Below are positions 57,829 through 64,000 of a stretch of 64,000 nt of DNA, piece after piece. Location of the stretch: assembly GCA_033762815.1 (NCBI GenBank), contig JANRLF010000006.1, positions 71,631 to 135,630 on the forward strand, read 5' to 3'. Both the position numbers and the translations under genes were made by a program. The notes below the pieces were generated by a model. The model ran no database searches. It was not told the origin of the DNA and saw nothing but the letters and a program-made list of their open reading frames with translations. Every line of letters starts with the position of its first letter. Within the stretch, counting starts at the first letter, position 1. This DNA is from Chitinophagales bacterium (lineage in GTDB: Bacteria > Bacteroidota > Bacteroidia > Chitinophagales > CAIOSU01).

Positions 57829-59330
57829 AATTGCTTCCTAAGGCGAGCCACGGGAATGTTCAACTGTTCCCTATACTTGGCTACTGTCCTACGGGCAATA
57901 TTATAACCTTTTTCGTTAAGAACCTCCATTAATTTTTGGTCGGAAAGAGGCCTACGTTTACTTTCCTTACCTATCATATCCGATAGAATGCTTTTCACCT
58001 CCCGAGTAGATACCTCTTCGCCACTATCGGTCTGTAACGATTCTGAGAAAAAGTATTTCAGCGAGAAGGTGCCAAATTCCGTTTGCACATACTTGCTGTT
58101 GGCTACCCTTGATACGGTAGAAATATCCAAGCCCGTTTTTTCTGCAATATCCTTCAAAATCATAGGTTTCAAGGAAGTCTCGTCGCCGGTAAGGAAAAAA
58201 TCGTACTGGTGTTCCATTAAGGCGCGCATGGTTTTCATCAAAGTTTGCTGCCGCTGCTGTATGGCATCTATAAACCATTTGGCCGAGTCTATTTTTTGCT
58301 TGATGAACAATACCGCTTCTTTTTGCTCCCGGGTTTTCTTTTTGCTCTTATCATAGCTCTGCAGCATTTCCTTGAAGTTTTGGCTAATGCGCAGTTCAGG
58401 GGCATTGCGGGCATTAAGGGTCAACTGCAGCTCCCCATTGGTATTGGTGATGAAAAAATCAGGGGTTACATATTGGTTGGAACGGGAAGAGCTGTTGTAT
58501 CCGCTGCCGGGCTTGGGGTTCAGCTTTAGGATAGCATCAATGGAATGCTTCAATTCTTCCCCACTAATATTGAGCGACTTCTCCAGCTTTTCGTAGTGCT
58601 TCTTGGTGAATTGCTCAAAATGGTCGCGGATAATGCGGATGGCATTTTGGATATGTGGGTCATGATGGTGCTCATGCCGCTGTAGTTGTATCAAAAGGCA
58701 TTCTTGTAAGTCCCTAGCCCCTATACCTGGAGGGTCGAAGGTATGGATAAGCTTCAATACATGCTCCAGTTCGTCCTCGTTGGCAAACACGTTCTGGGCG
58801 AAGGCCAAGTCATCAACAATGGCTTCTGTCTCCCTGCGCAAGTATCCATCTTCATCAATACTGCCAATAATCTGGGTGGCTATTTTATGTTCCCTTTCAT
58901 CCAAATCCAACAGCCCCAATTGGTCGGTCAAGTGCTCGTGAAAACTGCTTTCCACGGCAATGGGAATGGTGCGTTCTTCGTCAGGATCGGGGTAGTTGCT
59001 GTCTTTTAACTTATAGGCAGCCACTTCGTCGTCGTCATAGTAGTCTGAAAAGTCGAGGCTATCGTCCACTTCCCCGCCATTGTCGTCCGCAAGTTTTATT
59101 TCCTCCCCTTCCGTAGGCATTTCATCGCCTTCATTGGTATTTTCCGGAGTTTGGTCATAAGTACCATCCTCCGTATTCTCCATACCATCGTCAAGGGCTG
59201 GGTTCGATTCAATTTCCTCTTTTATACGTTGCTCCAATTGTGCGGTGGGTACCTGCAACAGTTTCATAAGCTGTATCTGTTGTGGCGACAGCTTTTGAAG
59301 GAGCTTTTGACTAAGGTTCTGATTTAGCAT
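57825..59330 (-). CDS. rpoN: RNA polymerase sigma-54 factor
   Basis: Q-rich region I, DISTVSR and the RpoN box ARRTVAKYR. Confidence 0.98.
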   Translation of the reverse strand: MLNQNLSQKLLQKLSPQQIQLMKLLQVPTAQLEQRIKEEIESNPALDDGMENTEDGTYDQTPENTNEGDEMPTEGEEIKLADDNGGEVDDSLDFSDYYDDDEVAAYKLKDSNYPDPDEERTIPIAVESSFHEHLTDQLGLLDLDEREHKIATQIIGSIDEDGYLRRETEAIVDDLAFAQNVFANEDELEHVLKLIHTFDPPGIGARDLQECLLIQLQRHEHHHDPHIQNAIRIIRDHFEQFTKKHYEKLEKSLNISGEELKHSIDAILKLNPKPGSGYNSSSRSNQYVTPDFFITNTNGELQLTLNARNAPELRISQNFKEMLQSYDKSKKKTREQKEAVLFIKQKIDSAKWFIDAIQQRQQTLMKTMRALMEHQYDFFLTGDETSLKPMILKDIAEKTGLDISTVSRVANSKYVQTEFGTFSLKYFFSESLQTDSGEEVSTREVKSILSDMIGKESKRRPLSDQKLMEVLNEKGYNIARRTVAKYREQLNIPVARLRKQL

Positions 59331-59429
59331 AGGGGTTCGATAGTTTAAAACGCTTACCAACTATAATGCCAAAATTACTTGTTAATTTAGCACTTCCTAT
59401 CAACGATATACAATACGGAGGGGTAAAAG

Positions 59430-60950
59430 ATGAAGACATACATATCAAATCTGTCTGATTTTGAGGGCAAATCGGTTACATTGCAAGGGTGGGTATCGCA
59501 TTCCCGCGATAGCAAAGGATTGGTATTCATTGTATTGCGCGATGGTACCGGTTTTGCCCAATGTGTGGTATCTCAGGAAGTGGTCGGCGATGACCAATTC
59601 AATGCGGCCAAATCCCTGAATCAAGAAAGCGCGGTAGCATTGACTGGCACCGTGGTAAAAGATGAACGCCAGATTGGGGGCTACGAATTACAGGCCACCG
59701 GCGTGGAAGTTATCAGCATTGCCGAGGAATACCCTATTACCCCGAAAGAACATGGTGTTGATTTTTTAATGGACAAGCGCCATCTATGGCTGCGCAGCAA
59801 ACGCCAATGGGCCATTATGAGGGTGCGCAACCGCATTATTTTTGCCATTCACCAATTTTTCCAGGAGCGGGGATTTATACAAATGGATGCCCCCTTGTTT
59901 ACGGGCAATGCCTGTGAAGGTACCAGCACTTTGTTCGAGACCGATTTCTATGGCGACCCTGCCTATTTATCCCAATCAGGCCAATTATACGGAGAGGCAA
60001 TGGCCATGGCGCATAGCAAAATCTATACTTTCGGCCCTACTTTTAGGGCGGAAAAATCAAAGACTCGCCGCCACCTTTCCGAATTTTGGATGATAGAGCC
60101 CGAAATGGCCTTCTATGATTTGGACATGGACATGGACCTGATAGAAGACTTTGTGCGATTTGTTATCAGAAGGGTTTTGGAAAGTAGCCGAACGGAGTTG
60201 GAATTGATTGAGCGCGATATTGCTACCTTGGAGAAAGCGGACGCCCCCTTTGCCCGCATTACTTATGACGAAGCGGTGCAAATCATCAAAGGCGAGCGGG
60301 ATATCAATGGCCGCAACTCCATCCAAACACTTCAAAATGACTTGAAGGAATTGAAGGAGCAAATTGCTGCCAACGAAGCGGAAATACAGCGCAGGGAAGC
60401 CCACATTAAAACGCCCGGCCTAAAAAAGGGCGAAATCAATTTCAATGTAAGCCAAATAGCCAAGCTGAGGGCAGAGAACAAGGAATTGGAAGAGAGGGCG
60501 GAGAACATACCCCAATGGCTGCAATCGGCCAAAGATTTCGAATACGGCAATGACCTAGGCGGCTCCGACGAGACTATTATCACCCGCTTGTTCGATACGC
60601 CCGTTATGGTCCACCGTTGGCCAAGGGAGGTAAAAGCGTTCTATATGAAGCGTGACGAGCAAAACCCCATGCTGGCAAAAGGCGTGGACTTATTGGCTCC
60701 AGAAGGCTTTGGTGAGATAGTAGGCGGCGGTGAGCGGGAAACCGATATCGAATTCCTAAAAAAACAGATTGAGCACCACCAGTTGCCCATGAAAGAGTTT
60801 GAGTGGTACCTTGATTTGCGCCGCTTTGGCTCCGTACCACATGCAGGTTTTGGATTGGGCTTGGAGCGTTTCGTGGCCTATATCTGCGGCCTGAAGCATA
60901 TCCGCGAGACCATCCCCTTCCCCCGCATGTACGGCAGGTTGTTCCCTTGA
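59430..60950 (+). CDS. asnS: Asparagine--tRNA ligase with a coiled-coil insertion
   Basis: LRDGTG, YLSQSGQLY, FRAEKSKTRRHL and GFGLGLER motifs. Confidence 0.96.
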   Translation: MKTYISNLSDFEGKSVTLQGWVSHSRDSKGLVFIVLRDGTGFAQCVVSQEVVGDDQFNAAKSLNQESAVALTGTVVKDERQIGGYELQATGVEVISIAEEYPITPKEHGVDFLMDKRHLWLRSKRQWAIMRVRNRIIFAIHQFFQERGFIQMDAPLFTGNACEGTSTLFETDFYGDPAYLSQSGQLYGEAMAMAHSKIYTFGPTFRAEKSKTRRHLSEFWMIEPEMAFYDLDMDMDLIEDFVRFVIRRVLESSRTELELIERDIATLEKADAPFARITYDEAVQIIKGERDINGRNSIQTLQNDLKELKEQIAANEAEIQRREAHIKTPGLKKGEINFNVSQIAKLRAENKELEERAENIPQWLQSAKDFEYGNDLGGSDETIITRLFDTPVMVHRWPREVKAFYMKRDEQNPMLAKGVDLLAPEGFGEIVGGGERETDIEFLKKQIEHHQLPMKEFEWYLDLRRFGSVPHAGFGLGLERFVAYICGLKHIRETIPFPRMYGRLFP

Positions 60951-60999
60951 TGATTGGAGGCCACTTCGCAATCTTGGCAAATAACCTAACTTTGCCACA

Positions 61000-61776
61000 A
61001 TGAAATTGCGCGCCGAAAAGCTGGTAAAGACCTACCGCAGCCGCAGGGTGGTAAACGAGGTTTCCTTCCATGTCGACCAAGGCGAGATTGTTGGCTTGTT
61101 GGGGCCAAACGGTGCTGGGAAAACCACCAGCTTCTATATGGTGGTAGGCCTTATCAAGCCCGAATCGGGGGAAGTATTCCTGGACAACCAAAATATCACC
61201 AAGCTGCCCATGTACAAGCGCTCGCAATCAGGCATCGGTTACTTGGCGCAAGAGGCTTCCATCTTCAGGCAATTATCCATTGAGGACAACCTGTACGCCG
61301 TGCTGGAAATGACCAAACTTTCCAAAGCGGAACAACACCAAAGGGTGGAAACCTTGTTGCAGGAATTTGGCTTGCTGGAAAAGCGCAAGTTTTTAGGGGC
61401 CGTGCTTTCAGGGGGCGAAAGGAGAAGGACGGAGATAGCTCGGGCACTGGCGGTGAACCCTAAATTCATTCTGTTGGACGAGCCATTTGCGGGCATTGAC
61501 CCCATTGCGGTGGAAGATATACAGCGCATTGTGGAGCAACTAAAACGAAAGAACATTGGCATCTTGATAACCGACCACAATGTACAGGAAACCCTCTCCA
61601 TAACGGACAGGGCCTATCTGCTCTTTGAAGGGCGCATACTTAAGGCAGGTACTGCGGAAGAACTCTCGCAAGACGAGCAGGTACGCAAAGTGTACCTTGG
61701 CCAGAATTTTGAGTTGAGAAAGAAAAAGGTATTTGATTTTGGGGAAGGGGACCCCATCAACCCATCGCTACCATGA
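61000..61776 (+). CDS. lptB: LPS export ABC transporter ATPase
   Basis: [25 protein letters not shown] and TDHNV motifs. Confidence 0.97.
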   Translation: MKLRAEKLVKTYRSRRVVNEVSFHVDQGEIVGLLGPNGAGKTTSFYMVVGLIKPESGEVFLDNQNITKLPMYKRSQSGIGYLAQEASIFRQLSIEDNLYAVLEMTKLSKAEQHQRVETLLQEFGLLEKRKFLGAVLSGGERRRTEIARALAVNPKFILLDEPFAGIDPIAVEDIQRIVEQLKRKNIGILITDHNVQETLSITDRAYLLFEGRILKAGTAEELSQDEQVRKVYLGQNFELRKKKVFDFGEGDPINPSLP

Positions 61777-63281
61777 ACGTGTTCAACTCCATAGTTTCCT
61801 GGTTTTTCAAGCAACGCAACGACCAGATTAGGCAGTTTGTAGAGCATCCTATTGAAACGCAAGAACGGGTATTTTGGAACCTGATACATGCAGGTCGTAA
61901 TACCGAGTGGGGCGTAATGCACGATTACAACCACATTGACTCCATCAGCGATTTCAAGCAGCATGTGCCCCTGCAAGACTATGATAGTCTGAAGCCCTAT
62001 ATAGAGCGGCTCATGAAGGGCGAACAACATTTGTTGTGGCCAACGGAAATCAATTGGTTCGCAAAATCTTCAGGCACCACCAGCGACAAAAGCAAGTTTA
62101 TCCCCGTAAGCCCCGAGGCCTTGGACGAGTGCCACTACAAAGGGGGGAAAGACGTAATGGCCGTATATCTAAAAAATTACCCCGATGCGGAGATATTTAC
62201 GGGCAAGGGCTTGGTAATGGGCGGCAGCAACAAGGTAAACCAATTGACCGAGAACTCCTATTATGGCGATGTTTCGGCAGTGATGCTGCAAAATTTGCCC
62301 TTTATTGCCGAATACTTCCGTACGCCCGAATTGGGCATAGCCCTCATGGACGAGTGGGAGGAAAAAATTGAGCGCATGGCACGCTCCACCTCACAGGAAA
62401 ACGTCACCCATCTAGCAGGCGCACCCACCTGGACCTTGGTACTGATTAGGCGCATCTTGGAGATAACGGGCAAACAGCATATCAAGGAAGTGTGGCCCAA
62501 CCTTCAATTGTTCATCCACGGTGGGGTCAGCTTTACGCCCTATAAGCAGCAATACCAACAATTGATACCCGGCGAAATGCATTATATGGAAACCTATAAT
62601 GCTTCCGAAGGTTTCTTTGGCCTGCAAGACGAGCCTGAAAAGGAGGAACTATTGCTAATGCTGGATTATGGCATCTTTTATGAGTTTCTTCCCCTAGAAG
62701 AAGTAAACAATGAAACGCCGAAGACCTTACAATTGGAGGAAGTAGAGGTAGGTAAAAACTATGCCCTCGTCATTTCTACCAATGCAGGGCTATGGCGATA
62801 TGTGATAGGCGATACCATTAAGTTCACCTCCGTGTTCCCTTTTAAATTCCGTATCTCGGGGCGTATTAAGCACTTTATCAATGTTTTCGGGGAGGAGGTG
62901 ATAGTGGACAATGCGGATAGGGCCATAGCCGAGGCCAGTGAAGCCCTGGGCTGCGAAGTGAAGGAATATACCGCCGCCCCATTCCTGAATGCCGATGGTA
63001 CTGGTGGGCATGAATGGCTCATCGAATTTAGCAAGGCCCCGAAAGATTTGGGGGCTTTTACCCTGCACCTGGACGAAGCCTTGAAAAAGGCCAACTCCGA
63101 CTACGAGGCCAAACGTCATAAAAGCATGGTACTGCATCTGCCTATCATTCATGCAGCACCAGAGGGCACTTTTTATGAGTGGCTGAAGGCAAGGGGCAAA
63201 CTGGGCGGCCAACACAAAATTCCGCGCCTTTCCAACGAACGTACCTATCTGGAAGAGATAATGGCCCTAGTGCCCAAGTAA
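61773..63281 (+). CDS. GH3 family acyl-adenylate-forming protein
   Basis: SSGTT, YNASEG, GLWRY.IGD and GGQHKIPRL motifs. Confidence 0.93.
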   Translation: MNVFNSIVSWFFKQRNDQIRQFVEHPIETQERVFWNLIHAGRNTEWGVMHDYNHIDSISDFKQHVPLQDYDSLKPYIERLMKGEQHLLWPTEINWFAKSSGTTSDKSKFIPVSPEALDECHYKGGKDVMAVYLKNYPDAEIFTGKGLVMGGSNKVNQLTENSYYGDVSAVMLQNLPFIAEYFRTPELGIALMDEWEEKIERMARSTSQENVTHLAGAPTWTLVLIRRILEITGKQHIKEVWPNLQLFIHGGVSFTPYKQQYQQLIPGEMHYMETYNASEGFFGLQDEPEKEELLLMLDYGIFYEFLPLEEVNNETPKTLQLEEVEVGKNYALVISTNAGLWRYVIGDTIKFTSVFPFKFRISGRIKHFINVFGEEVIVDNADRAIAEASEALGCEVKEYTAAPFLNADGTGGHEWLIEFSKAPKDLGAFTLHLDEALKKANSDYEAKRHKSMVLHLPIIHAAPEGTFYEWLKARGKLGGQHKIPRLSNERTYLEEIMALVPK

Positions 63282-63354
63282 ACTTTTGGTTAAGAATCTT
63301 CTTTTTAGCGAAAATCATTTCTTTCATTTCACCATAGGTATACATTTGTGCTAT

Positions 63355-64000
63355 ATGAAACTTCCTTTATTGTTACTAGCCTTATTGCTCTCATTTTGCG
63401 CCCAGGCCCAACTGCCCAAAACCTTTGTAGCTGCCGGCCAAGGCCCTGCCCCCGATTACAGCAAACCCGAATGCTGGAGCGCATTGCCATTCAGGAAAGA
63501 TGCCGGTGATTATCTGCCCAAAGGCGAAAACCCTATCAACGATTCGCTGAAAGCGGTGGACGTGTTCTACATTTATCCTACCATTTATAGAAAAGGCGAT
63601 ACTTGGACGGCCGACCTTGGCAACAAGAAACTGAACAAAAAGATTGACCGCCTGCCCGTCAAATTCCAGACTTCCCCCTTCGGACAAATAGCCCGTATCT
63701 ATGCCCCGCGGTACCGCCAAGCGCATCTCGATAGTTTCCGCGATAGCACCGGCACGGGCGAGCAGGCTTTGGATTTTGCCTACCAAGACGTGAAGGCGGC
63801 CTTTGAATACTATCTTCAGCATTATAATCAAGGTAGGCCTATTGTCATCGTTTCCCATAGCCAAGGTACCCGCCATTCCAGGCTTTTGCTGAAGGATTAT
63901 TTTGACAATGACAGCATGCGCCAACGCTTGGTATGCGCCTATGTGGTGGGTTTCGGCATTTTCCCTGAGCAATATGGCTTGCTGAAGCCTTGTGCCCAGC
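63355..64000 (+). CDS. DUF3089 family secreted alpha/beta hydrolase (runs off the window)
   Basis: Manual translation: signal peptide, APDYS, DVFYIYPT, YAPRYRQA and HSQG. Confidence 0.9.
   Translation, partial: MKLPLLLLALLLSFCAQAQLPKTFVAAGQGPAPDYSKPECWSALPFRKDAGDYLPKGENPINDSLKAVDVFYIYPTIYRKGDTWTADLGNKKLNKKIDRLPVKFQTSPFGQIARIYAPRYRQAHLDSFRDSTGTGEQALDFAYQDVKAAFEYYLQHYNQGRPIVIVSHSQGTRHSRLLLKDYFDNDSMRQRLVCAYVVGFGIFPEQYGLLKPCAQ

Noticed and set aside
63391-63972. 193-aa minus-strand ORF
   Set aside because: Shadow of the DUF3089 gene on the plus strand.

Overview
A 64-kb chromosomal segment from a Bacteroidota bacterium, probably Chitinophagales/Saprospirales-like. The assignment rests on a T9SS cargo protein, gldH, TAnnTTTG promoters and a fused ccoNO. 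Most of it is housekeeping: rplM-rpsI-rpsB, a rimK cluster, galE/rfbA, msrA, a full cbb3 oxidase cluster with a heme-PAS kinase and REC-Crp regulator, dnaX, queD, holB-ricT-gldH, rpoN, asnS and lptB. No tRNA, rRNA, CRISPR array or intact transposase was recognised. The unexplained structure is mostly non-coding. (1) An AT-rich islet (about 28.0-31.5 kb) carries an XRE-ImmA/IrrE metallopeptidase regulator, then a probable ~90-nt counter-transcribed small RNA with its own promoter and terminator, whose sequence is duplicated in inverted form over its own promoter. A YegP/DUF1508 gene and two unannotated micro-ORFs follow. (2) Three copies of a ~170-bp module (A-tract leader, exactly nine 11-bp units, GAAACRGC cap). 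Two copies are near-identical and inverted, bracketing ~15.6 kb. (3) A recurring palindromic GATGA-N6-TCATC motif that outlines a probable low-oxygen regulon. Also noted: a CrtU-like desaturase paired with a Rieske oxygenase, an A9 slippage run in dnaX, and a coiled-coil insertion in AsnRS. All family calls come from motif recognition by eye, not database searches.
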